A stretch of 64,000 bases of DNA from Cyanobacteriota bacterium (GTDB taxonomy: Bacteria > Cyanobacteriota > Cyanobacteriia > Thermostichales > Thermostichaceae), in NCBI GenBank assembly GCA_033764955.1, contig JANRIL010000011.1, positions 16,896 to 80,895 of the forward strand, written 5' to 3'. Below are positions 9,608-19,617 of the stretch, in pieces; positions within the stretch are counted from its first letter, which is position 1, and each line of letters starts with the position of its first letter. The notes beneath the pieces are model-generated. The model saw only the letters and a program-made list of their open reading frames with translations, searched no databases and was not told the origin of the DNA. The position numbers and the translations under genes were made by a program.

Positions 9608-10346
9608 TCGAAGTTCCTTTTTTGATGGATAGACGGGATCCCCAATAATCTGTAATTAGACCAGCCAAAATACCTGTTAAAGCCGCCACAATTAATCCCA
9701 ATTGGTGAGGGATCCCGTTGGCCAAAAAAGCAACTATCCCCGCCACCAAAACGGTTGTCCCCATTGACCACGATTGTAGATAGGGCATAATCATTCCGAT
9801 AAACGTTACCACAACGGCAAATTCAAGTCCCCAATCGGTGAGAGCAGGGATCCCATTTCCCACCGTCAATCCCACCCAAGTAGAGAGTTGCCAACTGACA
9901 TAAAGGGAGAGGGAAGCCCCTAAATGGTACCAAGCTTTATGAGGAGAATGATCGGGTTGTTGATAGCGTTGAATAGCGACCACAAAAGTTTCATCGGTTA
10001 ACCAAAATCCTAGGACAGACTTCCACCCTTGATTCAAGGATTTAACATGGGGCAACAAACTCACCGAATAGAGCAAATGTCGTAAATTAACTATGCCAGT
10101 AGTCAAAAAAAGGATCCCTAAGCTCGCCCCATTATTGAGCAATCCTAAAGCAATAAATTGAGCTGACCCTGCAAAAACAAGAGCCGACATCCCCAGTGCC
10201 CCCAACAGGGATAAATCAGCATCAGCCGCCAGGGTGCCAAAAATAATGCCAAAAGGAGTTGCTCCAATCACCATCGGGATCTCAGCGCGTGCCCCTCGCC
10301 AAAACTCTTGTTGGGGGGATGAGAGAGAAGAATTAGCAACCTTCAT
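9597..10346 (-). CDS. azlC: AzlC-family branched-chain amino acid exporter component
   Basis: Polytopic membrane protein with the AzlC-like motif LVFAGSAQFIALGLL. Paired with azlD. Confidence 0.7.
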   Translation of the reverse strand: MKVANSSLSSPQQEFWRGARAEIPMVIGATPFGIIFGTLAADADLSLLGALGMSALVFAGSAQFIALGLLNNGASLGILFLTTGIVNLRHLLYSVSLLPHVKSLNQGWKSVLGFWLTDETFVVAIQRYQQPDHSPHKAWYHLGASLSLYVSWQLSTWVGLTVGNGIPALTDWGLEFAVVVTFIGMIMPYLQSWSMGTTVLVAGIVAFLANGIPHQLGLIVAALTGILAGLITDYWGSRLSIKKGTSIDA

Positions 10347-11686
10347 GAACGGGTTTCATCTTCAGATTGTGGGAAGGAACAAAGCAAGCGCGTCAACAAT
10401 GTGTGGCTAAGCCAGAGGGCACGCGGCACATGAAAACACCCTTTATAGGGTCCCCCCTTGAAACGTTGAGATACTCGTCCCTCTCGATCCAAATAGCCAA
10501 ACCATTCGCCATAGTCAGGATCAGGAAAATGGGAGAATGTATAGTCAGCAATCGTTTCAAAGCGAGCTAACCAAGCCATGTCTTTTGTCACCGCACCAGC
10601 CCACAATGTGGCAATCATCGCCTCACAGTGCGGCCACCATAATTTAAGATTCCACTCTAGTTGAATGGGAGAATATCCCTCTCGATCCAAGAAATAGAAT
10701 AAGCCGCCATAGTCGGGATCCCAGCCAATATTCAGTGACCACTCAATCATTTGAATTGCTGTTTTCATGAGATTTTCATGCTTGTTTCTCTCAGCATAAG
10801 CTAATAAAAACCAGCCTGCTTCAATGGCATGACCAGGATTCACCAATCGCCCCTCAGGGCCATCCATTAACTCTCCTGCAACGCCTACTGTTTCTAAGAC
10901 TAGGTTGAGATCTGATCTGACATGACGGAGGATTTTTTCAACACAGTCACTAGCCTTGACTTTCCATCCTTCCTCAATTACTTTTGATTCCTCAATTTCT
11001 AGGCGGATGCACACAAATTGCGAAAATGTTTCCGATAATTCCTCAAGCACATTTAACAAAATCATGGGGATCGCCAGTTGGGAAACCGCCACTGATCCAG
11101 ACCAGCAAGGATGCCCCAACAAACTTAAGTCCTCTGACCAGATCCAGACTGCTCTAAACACCGCTTGAGTTTCTGCCCATAATTCCCCAAGAAGTACAGG
11201 GTCAGTTGTGGCACGACAAACCTCCGATAAAGCCATGATATAGAAGCATTCGGAGAAGATCTTGCGCTGCAAATAGACCGGATCCCCGTGGCGAGTTAGA
11301 CAAAAATAGACGCGATGATCTGAACGATGGGCATAACGACGCAAAAAGGTCAGTCCCCACTGGGCAACTGCTAGCCAGGTGTCAGGTGTCGCCGGATGTT
11401 GGGCGGGAGAATTATCCACTAGAGATTCTCGCCTATTCCCCGATAAATCAAAGCCTTGGTTGTGAAATTTGGCGGTCATCCAAACCTGACGGGCTTGTAG
11501 CCAGACATGCTTTTGCGTGTCATAGACCCGACCATCCCGATCCAGATTGTTAAAATAGCCGCCTTCTTCTCGATCCAGCGAATGGTTCAACCAAAAGGGC
11601 ATCACCTGTCTCCACAGCTCTTGGTGCAGGCGGGTTTGCCACTGCTGGAAGGTGGCGGATAAAGCGGGTGAAATAGAGGGTAACAT
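10343..11686 (-). CDS. N-acylglucosamine 2-epimerase (AGE) family protein
   Basis: (alpha/alpha)6-barrel AGE-like repeats: GGYFNNLDRDGRVYDTQKHVWLQARQVWM, GHAIEAGWFL, GGLFYFLDREG, EWFGYLDREG, HVPRAL. Confidence 0.75.
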   Translation of the reverse strand: MLPSISPALSATFQQWQTRLHQELWRQVMPFWLNHSLDREEGGYFNNLDRDGRVYDTQKHVWLQARQVWMTAKFHNQGFDLSGNRRESLVDNSPAQHPATPDTWLAVAQWGLTFLRRYAHRSDHRVYFCLTRHGDPVYLQRKIFSECFYIMALSEVCRATTDPVLLGELWAETQAVFRAVWIWSEDLSLLGHPCWSGSVAVSQLAIPMILLNVLEELSETFSQFVCIRLEIEESKVIEEGWKVKASDCVEKILRHVRSDLNLVLETVGVAGELMDGPEGRLVNPGHAIEAGWFLLAYAERNKHENLMKTAIQMIEWSLNIGWDPDYGGLFYFLDREGYSPIQLEWNLKLWWPHCEAMIATLWAGAVTKDMAWLARFETIADYTFSHFPDPDYGEWFGYLDREGRVSQRFKGGPYKGCFHVPRALWLSHTLLTRLLCSFPQSEDETRS

Positions 11687-11689
11687 GGC

Positions 11690-12373
11690 TCAGGCCGGCT
11701 CCGATTGTTTGAGTCGGTAGCCCACACTATGGATTGTTTCAATGCAGTCTTCTGACGCACCCGCTGACCGTAACTTTTGCCGCAGGGCTTTGATATGGGC
11801 TTTAATCGAGTCTTCAGCGGGGGTATCTTCTAGGTTCCAAAGATGATCGATGATAGCGCGGCGACTCAAGACACGGCGACCACTGCGCAGAAACAACTCT
11901 AAGAGAGCAAACTCCTTCGGCGTGAGATGAAGGGGAAATTCTGCATAGGTGACCTCATAGGTGAGGGGGTTGAGGTGTAGGGATCCCCAATGCAAATCGC
12001 TGCTCAGGAGGGTGGTACGGCGGCGCAACAATGCCCGTACCCGTGCCAACAGTTCCGGCAGATCCACAGGTTTAATCAGATAGTCATCTGCCCCCGCATC
12101 CAGCCCCAACACCTTATCGGCACTAGTATCTCTGGCGGTAATCATCAAAATTGGTATGGTTAAGCCCTGTTGACGTACCCGCCGACAGAGGCCAATTCCA
12201 TCCAGTTTGGGCAGCATCACATCCATCAACACCAAGTCATAGGGCTGCTGACAAAGCAATTCCCAGCCTGCTTCCCCATCCCCCGCCAGATCGAGGGTGT
12301 AGCGTTGATCCGTGAGGGCTTCCATTAAAGTTTCCGCCAATCGTCGATCATCTTCCACCAGCAGGAGTCGCAT
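11690..12373 (-). CDS. OmpR-family response regulator
   Basis: MRLLLVEDD...DLVLMDVMLPKLDGIGLC...DDYLIKP receiver domain plus a winged-helix C-terminus (LTPKEFALLELFL...GYRL). ATG at 12373. Confidence 0.85.
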   Translation of the reverse strand: MRLLLVEDDRRLAETLMEALTDQRYTLDLAGDGEAGWELLCQQPYDLVLMDVMLPKLDGIGLCRRVRQQGLTIPILMITARDTSADKVLGLDAGADDYLIKPVDLPELLARVRALLRRRTTLLSSDLHWGSLHLNPLTYEVTYAEFPLHLTPKEFALLELFLRSGRRVLSRRAIIDHLWNLEDTPAEDSIKAHIKALRQKLRSAGASEDCIETIHSVGYRLKQSEPA

Positions 12374-12444
12374 AGTTTCCAGAATCAAGGGATATCCACT
12401 ATCTTTTAGACTGTAGACGATTTGCCTGATGCTTATCACCGACC

Positions 12445-13455
12445 GTGGGAGTAACGATGACAATGGAGCCTAGACAAGCCCAAGGGATCCCTGGTTGGAG
12501 GGTAGTTTCTCCCCTAGTTATGGGAATAGTCGTTATGGGCTGGCTGGCTAACCCTGTGGGGGGGCAGGCTTTACCTGGCTTAGTCGCGCAAGCTCCTGTC
12601 CCCCTGGAGGATGAAACGGAACTCACCCAGACCTGGGTAGTGACTCCTGAACAGGCCAAGATCCTAATTGAGCAGGGAGCGACCCTTTTGGATGTCCGTC
12701 ATCCTAGGTTGCAAGCCCTAGGGATGTTGGCGGGATCCGTACCTGCGGCCTGGGCTGATTTTACCCAAACTCAGGATCCGCATCGGGGCAAGCTGTTGAC
12801 GGATGATCCGGGGTTAACGAGTCGCTTGCAGGCTCTCGGAGTTTTTCAAAACCAACCGGTGGTAGTCGTGGCTGACCCCGCCAATGGCTGGGGGGAGGAT
12901 GGGCGGATGGTGTGGATGTTGCGAACCCTTGGACATCGGCAGGCGGTCATGGTAGACGGTGGATATGCTGCTCTGTTGGTTGCCGGTGTCCCTCTGGCCA
13001 AAAGTCCTTTCACCCCAGCACGTGGAGATTTTGTCGTGCAACGGGATCCCTCCTGGGAGATCAGCCGCGATCAACTAAAAAGCCAATTGGTAAAAAGCCA
13101 ACTCGGACAACAGCAGGTGGTGGTAATAGACACCCGCGAAGCTGAGGAGTATCAGGGAGAAATCCGCTATGGAGAAAAGCGGGGGGGACATATTCCGGGA
13201 GCCATTCATCTGAGTTTTCGGGAGTTGATCGGAACGGATGGGCGCATGCTCAGTGAGGCAGCAATTCGAGCCAAACTCGCCCGTCTGGGAATATCACCAG
13301 AGGCCAAGATCATCAATTACTGCACCGCCGGTATCCGTTCCGGTTGGATGACAGCGGTATTGGCTCATTTCGGTTTTCACACCCAAAACTATGCTGGCTC
13401 CATATCGGAATGGGCCGCCAGTCCTCCTGAGGATTTCCCGATGGAGCAAGACTAA
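12445..13455 (+). CDS. tandem-rhodanese sulfurtransferase (thiosulfate/3-mercaptopyruvate type), probably exported
   Basis: Two rhodanese-like halves. Active-site loop YCTAGIRSG, and GGHIPGAIHL. Hydrophobic N-terminus. Confidence 0.75.
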   Translation: MGVTMTMEPRQAQGIPGWRVVSPLVMGIVVMGWLANPVGGQALPGLVAQAPVPLEDETELTQTWVVTPEQAKILIEQGATLLDVRHPRLQALGMLAGSVPAAWADFTQTQDPHRGKLLTDDPGLTSRLQALGVFQNQPVVVVADPANGWGEDGRMVWMLRTLGHRQAVMVDGGYAALLVAGVPLAKSPFTPARGDFVVQRDPSWEISRDQLKSQLVKSQLGQQQVVVIDTREAEEYQGEIRYGEKRGGHIPGAIHLSFRELIGTDGRMLSEAAIRAKLARLGISPEAKIINYCTAGIRSGWMTAVLAHFGFHTQNYAGSISEWAASPPEDFPMEQD

Positions 13456-13539
13456 GCCTACCCCTGGGGATCCCTCAGATCCCTTCTCCCTGCCCACACG
13501 GTACAGTTCAGACCAGCTAGTATTTCATCCTGCTTTTTT

Positions 13540-14391
13540 ATGCAGTCTCCTGAGTACAGCCCAATTAGCCAGCGCCCGCTTCTCACCCTACCCAACCAAG
13601 CCCGTGTCGCCGTTTGGGTAGTGATGAATATTGAACACTTTACTTTTGGCCAATTGGGAACCGCTATTCAGCCCCACCTGACCAGCCCTCCTGAAATCGC
13701 CAACTACGGCTGGCGGGACTATGGCAATCGGGTCGGTATTTGGCGGTTGTTTGATCTTTTTGCCAATCTGGGGATGCCGGTCACGGCTGCTCTGAATGCC
13801 GAAATTTGTACCCTTTATCCGGCGATTGTGCAGGAGTTGCGGCGGCAAAACTGGGAAGTGATGGCTCACGGATGGAACAACAGCACCGGACACAGCGGTC
13901 TCGATCCGGAAAGCGAGCGCCAACTGATTGATCGCACCCTAACCCTATTGACAGAAGCCGCTGGATCCCGACCCCTGGGCTGGTTGACCCCAGGATTTTC
14001 GGTTAGTGAGTCTACCTTTGAACTGCTTCATGCCGCCGGGATCCGCTATATCGCTGACTGGGTCAACGATGATCAGCCCTATGCTCATCCTGTGGGCGGC
14101 GGTTCGTTGCTGGCTATCCCCTATAGCCTCGAAACCAATGATATTAGCCTCTGTTTGAGCGCCCGCTTGAGTGGATCCGCCTTTGCCCAAGCCTTGATCG
14201 ACCAGTTTGATTGTCTGTGGGAAGAGGGATCCCTCACTCCGCGGATCATGGCGATTGGCCTACATCCATTCATTGTGGGACAGCCGTTGCGCTTTAAGTA
14301 TTTGCAGCAAGCCTTGCGCTACATCCTCCACCAACCGGAAACTTGGATCACCACCGGATCGGCGATCTATAACTGGGTTATCAACCGCTAA
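13540..14391 (+). CDS. polysaccharide deacetylase family protein (PuuE/allantoinase-like)
   Basis: NodB-fold-like pattern (VVMNIEHF, GWRDYGNRVGIWRL, MAHGWNN, LHPFIVGQP). Confidence 0.6.
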   Translation: MQSPEYSPISQRPLLTLPNQARVAVWVVMNIEHFTFGQLGTAIQPHLTSPPEIANYGWRDYGNRVGIWRLFDLFANLGMPVTAALNAEICTLYPAIVQELRRQNWEVMAHGWNNSTGHSGLDPESERQLIDRTLTLLTEAAGSRPLGWLTPGFSVSESTFELLHAAGIRYIADWVNDDQPYAHPVGGGSLLAIPYSLETNDISLCLSARLSGSAFAQALIDQFDCLWEEGSLTPRIMAIGLHPFIVGQPLRFKYLQQALRYILHQPETWITTGSAIYNWVINR

Positions 14392-14427
14392 CCCAGTTGC
14401 CCCTAATTTTTTGAGGAACCTTGCCCT

Positions 14428-15000
14428 ATGACCACGGCACAAAAGTCAGTCGTCAACATTCCAGTAGTGGATGCTACCCATGAGAACGTCAAGCCCTACG
14501 GTCAGTTGTTTGGGGATGATGTGGCGAAACCGGGTTTAGGGATCCCTTTTTATGCGGGGCGGGTCTTGGAAGGAGAGAACATCGATTTTGTCTATCACGG
14601 ACAAGCAGTGATCCGTACCGCCAAAATCTTGCCGGGATACCCACCCTTGCTGTGGTTAGAACGACATCTACGGATGACTCAATTGTTTGTCGGCTTGGGC
14701 AGTGAACCTTTCATTATGGTGATGGCTCCCCCCAACCATGAACAGGGAAAAAACCAGCCGGATCTCGATCAGGTGATGGCGCTACGCTTTCCCCCCGGTC
14801 ATGCCCTCTTGATTCACCAGGGCACCTGGCACGACTTTCCGATTGCCTGTGAGCGACCCGTTGTGATTATGACCGCCAACTCCGACGAAGTGGTGACTGC
14901 TCTGGCGGAGATGGGAACCGCCGCCGAGATGGATCAGGGGGATGTTTTCAAAATTTCTCTGCGGCAGCGCTTGGGCACCGAGATTCACCTAGAGGTATAG
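14428..15000 (+). CDS. ureidoglycolate lyase/hydrolase-like protein
   Basis: The spacing of conserved residues resembles AllA (PYGQLF..., ERHLRMTQLFV, PDLDQVMALRF, HQGTWHDFP). Assigned from memory of the E. coli AllA pattern. Confidence 0.5.
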   Translation: MTTAQKSVVNIPVVDATHENVKPYGQLFGDDVAKPGLGIPFYAGRVLEGENIDFVYHGQAVIRTAKILPGYPPLLWLERHLRMTQLFVGLGSEPFIMVMAPPNHEQGKNQPDLDQVMALRFPPGHALLIHQGTWHDFPIACERPVVIMTANSDEVVTALAEMGTAAEMDQGDVFKISLRQRLGTEIHLEV

Positions 15001-15064
15001 CGGCACTTTTCCGAACAGTTTTTCTCTTCTCGCGCATGTTTTTCTATTCTAGGGATCCCTACCC

Positions 15065-15448
15065 ATGTCAGACATCAATCGCCCCGACGTGGTGGCCGAG
15101 TTAACAGCGCTTTATGATCAATACGAAAAAGCCCTGTGCAGCAATGACATCGCCACCATGACCCACCTTTTTTGGGACTCTCCCCATGTGGTGCGGTTCG
15201 GAGCCACCGAGAATCTCTACGGCAGTGAGGAATTGGCCGCCTTTCGGCAGCATCGTCCTGCTATTCATTTGGAACGGGAGATCCTTAAACTCCAGGTGGT
15301 CAGCTTTGGCGAAACCTCTGCCTCTATCACCTTAGAATTTCGCCGTGTGGTGAATGGGCAGCCTCGCTTGGGTCGGCAAAGCCAAATGTGGCAGAAATTG
15401 GCGGAAGGTTGGAAAATTGTCTCGGCACATGTTTCCTTTCTGCCTTGA
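15065..15448 (+). CDS. AtzH-like / HpxZ-like NTF2-fold protein (DUF3225)
   Basis: 127 aa. INRPDVVAELTALYDQYEKAL...FWDSPHVVRFGATENLYG...GRQSQMWQKL..GWKIVSAHVS resembles oxalurate-catabolism HpxZ/AtzH-like proteins. Confidence 0.55.
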   Translation: MSDINRPDVVAELTALYDQYEKALCSNDIATMTHLFWDSPHVVRFGATENLYGSEELAAFRQHRPAIHLEREILKLQVVSFGETSASITLEFRRVVNGQPRLGRQSQMWQKLAEGWKIVSAHVSFLP

Positions 15449-15531
15449 GCATGGCTGCCTAGGGTCTGCTGTTGCCCAGCTTTTGGATAGTTTTTGGGAT
15501 GAGTTGGCCTGCCTATCTTTTTGCATAAAAC

Positions 15532-16110
15532 ATGAACTCGGTTTGTTTCACCACATCTCCCCTAGTGCGCTACGCGCTGCTGGCGTTTTATCTGGCGCTC
15601 ACCCTGCCGTTGCCGTTTTTATTAGCCCAACAGAGGGGGTGGCTCTGGGTGAGTGGGTTAACGCTGGCGTTGGGGTTAGGTAGCTGGGTTGTGGTGGGCA
15701 TCCTGGAGCAACGGGTGGAGATCGACCCAGACGGGATCCGCGTTTGTCATCCCCAGTGGATCGAGGCGGTGCAGCGACGCAACTGGCAGGTCAAGTGGTC
15801 GGAGGTACGACAGATCTCCTTTTCCTCCACCAGTCAGGGGGGCTTGGCCTATTATTTGCTAACCGAAAGCGGCGAGCGATGGCTGCTGCCTATGCGGGTC
15901 GGTCGATTCCGTCATTTGTTGGGGTTGGTACAAACTTATACTGGACTGGATACTCAAAGCGTTTATCCTTATGTGCAGCCGTGGATGTACCTGATGGTGG
16001 CAGGGCTATCCGGTTTATTGCTGCTCTGGGATATTTTTTGGATCACGATGGTGGTGGTCAGCCACCCCCTTCCGCTTCTCGGTTTGGGATCCCCACCCCT
16101 GCTTGGATAA
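15532..16110 (+). CDS. hypothetical membrane protein
   Basis: ORF with 4-5 hydrophobic helices. No family recognised. Confidence 0.45.
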   Translation: MNSVCFTTSPLVRYALLAFYLALTLPLPFLLAQQRGWLWVSGLTLALGLGSWVVVGILEQRVEIDPDGIRVCHPQWIEAVQRRNWQVKWSEVRQISFSSTSQGGLAYYLLTESGERWLLPMRVGRFRHLLGLVQTYTGLDTQSVYPYVQPWMYLMVAGLSGLLLLWDIFWITMVVVSHPLPLLGLGSPPLLG

Positions 16111-16115
16111 CTGGC

Positions 16116-16907
16116 ATGGATTTGCACGCTCTAGAAACCTATCGTTGCCCCAGACAGCTAAGTGAGGTGACCGCCTGGGATCCGACAACCCACTGGCTGG
16201 CGGGAGGTACCTGGCTGTTTTCCCAACCCCAGCCGCTGATCAAAGTTTTGGTGGATTTGCAGCACCTAGGCTGGTCAGGGATTGAAGTCATGGGGGAGGA
16301 AGTTTGGATTGGAGCCACTTGCCCACTGGCGAATCTGCTCACCTATCCCTGGCCTCCTGAATGGATTGGGGTGTCGGCACTCCAGGCAGCCGTCCGTTCC
16401 TTGGCCTCCTTCAAGGTCACCCGCTTGGCAACAGTGGGGGGCAATCTCTGCCTTGCTCTAACGGTCGGATCCCTAGCCCCCGTCATGATCGCTTGGCAGG
16501 CTCGCTATCAAATCCTCCACCCCAACGGAAATAGCCGATGGATCCCTGCCCTCAGCTTTCAAACCGGATCCCAGCAAACCCTCCTTGCCCCTGGCGAAGT
16601 GCTGCGGCGGGTGGCAATTCCCATCACCTCCCTCTCCTGTCCCAGCCAATTTCTGCGAATCAGCTTAGCGGCTACGGATCCCGCCGTGGTGATGGTGGTG
16701 GGATGTGCGACGGCAGAAACCTGGCGATTCGGTATGAATGCGGGGGTGGCGGTGCCGCAATCGATAGAAATCTCAGAACCCGTCCGCCATTGGGATCCGT
16801 TGCTGGATCCCTTGCCCTGGCTAGAAGACTTTCGGGCTAGTGCGGCCTACCGTCGTCACCTTACCCAGATGCTCCTCCAACAATGCCTAGACTCTCGACC
16901 TTCTTAA
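16116..16907 (+). CDS. FAD-binding subunit of a xanthine dehydrogenase / CO dehydrogenase family molybdoenzyme (CoxM/XdhB-like)
   Basis: AGGTWLF, VDLQHLGWSGIE, IGATCPLANLL, LASFKVTRLATVGGNLC and C-terminal ASAAYRRHL fit the FAD_binding_5/CO_deh_flav_C pattern. ATG at 16116 was chosen; the longer ORF overlaps the upstream gene. Confidence 0.65.
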   Translation: MDLHALETYRCPRQLSEVTAWDPTTHWLAGGTWLFSQPQPLIKVLVDLQHLGWSGIEVMGEEVWIGATCPLANLLTYPWPPEWIGVSALQAAVRSLASFKVTRLATVGGNLCLALTVGSLAPVMIAWQARYQILHPNGNSRWIPALSFQTGSQQTLLAPGEVLRRVAIPITSLSCPSQFLRISLAATDPAVVMVVGCATAETWRFGMNAGVAVPQSIEISEPVRHWDPLLDPLPWLEDFRASAAYRRHLTQMLLQQCLDSRPS

Positions 16908-17020
16908 GCGGGTCAGCGATATCCTGCGGGCAACCACTACTCTTGTCAGGGCTTCTGAATCCTTGGCCAGGTTGCACCAGCATCCCTAGCTCTGATGGAT
17001 ATGGATCCCGGCTCAGCCAT

Positions 17021-17917
17021 CTAGTGTCGTTGGGAAGCTGGTAGCTTCACCTGATCCGCCAACCCCAGATTTTGTAAGAGCCAGATTACTCCATAGGTGG
17101 GATCCACCTGCCACCAAGTCAGACCAATACGAGCAGAATGGGGATAGGTGTGGTGATTGCTGTGCCATCCTTCCCCGTAGGTGAGCCAAGCCACCCACCA
17201 GAGATTGCGAGCGTGGTGGCGATCATCAGGGATCCACTGCCGTCCCCAGAGGTGAGTAGCGGAGAGATTGAGCCAGGTGACATGCCAGCCCACCACCAGT
17301 CGCACAAACACACCGTAGACAACCCACGACCAGCCTCCCCCCCAAAACAGCAGGATACCCAACAGCAGTTGCAACGCCAGAAATCGCCGATCCAAAAACC
17401 GATAAACGGGATCCTTGAGCAAGTCGGCGGCATAACGCTGGTTGATCTGCTGCTGTTGCTCCGGCGGATAGACATAGAGCAACCAGAGGAGATGCCCCCA
17501 CCAAAATCCCCGCTGCCAGGGGCTATGGGGATCCTGCTCTTGATCGGAAAAAGCGTGGTGGCGGCGGTGAGTGGCGGTTACAAAGATGGGTCCCCGTTGC
17601 GCTGCTAAAGCCCCGCAGACGGCCAACATATATTCCAAAAACTTAGGAACCCGCAGGCTGCGATGGCTCAGCAAGCGATGGTATCCCAAAGAAATCCCCA
17701 AACTAATAGTGAGGAAATTAAGCACCACAGCCACCAGCAAACCTGACCAGGAAAAGTAGCGGATCCCCCCCAGCAGAGCAACTATGTGAACTGCCGCCAT
17801 AAACAGGGTGGTCGGCCAGCTCAAGACAAGGGATCCCTCACCTGCCAGTGTCTCTGGTCTACTCTCCTGCCAAGATGGAACCGGATCCGCCTGTGTTTCT
17901 TGCCCAATAAAAGTCAT
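17021..17917 (-). CDS. desC: acyl-lipid delta-9 fatty acid desaturase (DesC-type), copy 1
   Basis: Three His boxes (HRLLSH, HRRHH, HSNHH). ATG at 17917 is preceded by GGAGGAG. Confidence 0.85.
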   Translation of the reverse strand: MTFIGQETQADPVPSWQESRPETLAGEGSLVLSWPTTLFMAAVHIVALLGGIRYFSWSGLLVAVVLNFLTISLGISLGYHRLLSHRSLRVPKFLEYMLAVCGALAAQRGPIFVTATHRRHHAFSDQEQDPHSPWQRGFWWGHLLWLLYVYPPEQQQQINQRYAADLLKDPVYRFLDRRFLALQLLLGILLFWGGGWSWVVYGVFVRLVVGWHVTWLNLSATHLWGRQWIPDDRHHARNLWWVAWLTYGEGWHSNHHTYPHSARIGLTWWQVDPTYGVIWLLQNLGLADQVKLPASQRH

Positions 17918-17981
17918 ATGCTCCTCCGAGATGGTTTGTTGGGGGCTGAACTGTCTTTTCGGTGTAGGGGAAGTACCGCTT

Positions 17982-18866
17982 TCAAGCTCCACTCAGGCGC
18001 TCGCGGCGATAGACTTTGTTGGCAACCCCCAGTTTTTCTAGTGACCAGATCACCCACCAAGAGGGATCAATCTGCCACCAAGTCAATCCAGCTTGGGCGC
18101 GACGGGGGTTGTGGTGGTGATTGTTGTGCCAGCCTTCCCCAAAGGTGAGGAGCGCGACCCAAAAATTGTTATGGGCGGTATCGGCAATCGTGTAGGGACG
18201 GGTTCCCCAGCGATGGGCGGCGGAATTGACCAACCAGGTGGTGTGCCACGTCCAAACCGTTCTGACAAAAATACCGTAGATCACCCATGACCAGCCTCCC
18301 AACACATACAGTCCCAATCCCAAAATCACTTGCAACAGGTTTTGCCGCCGATTCAAAAAGCGGTAGAAGGGATCCCGATCCAAGTCAGGAGCAAATTTCC
18401 GATAAAGCTCATACTCATGATGCTCAAGTTTGCGGAAAAAGATCCAGTTCATATGCGCCCACCAAAAACCTCCCTTAATGTTGTAGGGATCCTTTTCAGT
18501 ATCACAAAAGGCATGATGCATCCGATGGTTGGCCACCCAAAAAATAGGGCCATTTTGCATAGCCAGCGTTCCCATTAAAGCCATAAAGTATTCCAGCCAT
18601 TTCGGAACTCGAAAGCTCCGGTGACTCAACAGACGATGAAAACACACCACAATCCCAACACAACCAAATAGCCAATGCAAAAACCCCACCAATAAAACAC
18701 CCGTCCAGGAAAAATAATAAATTCCCCCGATCACAGCAATCAGATGAATTAGCGCCGCACCGATCAGACGGATCCAGTCAGGTAAGCGGGCAGAAACAGT
18801 GGATCCCGTGGCATCATTTTGCACAGGACGAAATGGTATCTCTGCGGGAACTGAAGTAGCTATCAT
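17982..18866 (-). CDS. desC: acyl-lipid delta-9 fatty acid desaturase (DesC-type), copy 2
   Basis: His boxes HRLLSH, HRMHH, HNNHH. ATG at 18866 is preceded by AGGAGG. Confidence 0.85.
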   Translation of the reverse strand: MIATSVPAEIPFRPVQNDATGSTVSARLPDWIRLIGAALIHLIAVIGGIYYFSWTGVLLVGFLHWLFGCVGIVVCFHRLLSHRSFRVPKWLEYFMALMGTLAMQNGPIFWVANHRMHHAFCDTEKDPYNIKGGFWWAHMNWIFFRKLEHHEYELYRKFAPDLDRDPFYRFLNRRQNLLQVILGLGLYVLGGWSWVIYGIFVRTVWTWHTTWLVNSAAHRWGTRPYTIADTAHNNFWVALLTFGEGWHNNHHHNPRRAQAGLTWWQIDPSWWVIWSLEKLGVANKVYRRERLSGA

Positions 18867-19137
18867 CACAAACCTCCTAAAAATGAATGCACCCAACCGG
18901 AGAAAAAGGCAACTCAAGCCCTCATCCTCAATAGGTAACTTCCAGAGAGCATAGTGGAATTTTGATCGAGGGTTTGTGATTGAGATAGGTTATGAATGTG
19001 ACTCAACTCAGAAGCCTACTCATATCAATCCCTATTTGGTCAACAGCAATAACGATCTATCTTCAACAAACTCCTGGCCGAGCTGCGCTAAGCTGCTAAA
19101 GGGATCTATTTCTTGTAGCCTAGGCCCTAAGCTAGCG

Positions 19138-19617
19138 ATGCCGATTACCCTGAGCCTTTCGGCGGAAGCCATCCAAACCCTTGATCTATCCCCCGGACAT
19201 CGCCTGGTGGAGACTCTGTTGCGGGATCCGCAGACGGCAGCTCAGCAGGTGCAATGCGTGATTGATTATCCTCGCGCCCTAGATGACCCACGGGAATTGC
19301 CGGAGATTCCTGAGGTTCGCCTCTGGTTTATCCGCTTTGATACAGCCTATCCGTGGATGCCCTATTTTTTGAATTGGCGGCAGGGGGAGTTGGCTCGCTA
19401 TGCAGCGATGTTGGTGCCCCATCAATTTAGCGCCAAAGAAGGGATCCTCTATCATCCCGAAGCCCTGGAAATTTTCGTCTACCAAAAGATTTTTGTGTTG
19501 GCTGGTTGGATGAAAACTCAAAAAATTGGGGGCATTGCTGATTTACGGAATATGGCGCTGATTTTTGGTTTTGAAATTCATGATGACTTTTTAGCCCTAT
19601 GGGAGCAACCGTTTTGA
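19138..19617 (+). CDS. CRR6-like protein (NDH-1 subunit I maturation factor family, DUF1817)
   Basis: DDPRELPEIPEVRLWFIRFDTAYPWMPYFLNWRQGELARYAAMLVPHQF matches my recollection of the conserved CRR6 core. ATG at 19138. Confidence 0.55.
   Translation: MPITLSLSAEAIQTLDLSPGHRLVETLLRDPQTAAQQVQCVIDYPRALDDPRELPEIPEVRLWFIRFDTAYPWMPYFLNWRQGELARYAAMLVPHQFSAKEGILYHPEALEIFVYQKIFVLAGWMKTQKIGGIADLRNMALIFGFEIHDDFLALWEQPF

Noticed and set aside
15744-16115. N-terminal 124-codon extension of the FAD-subunit ORF
   Set aside because: The extension overlaps the upstream membrane-protein gene in another frame and has no family similarity. The conserved FAD-binding pattern starts right after the ATG at 16116.
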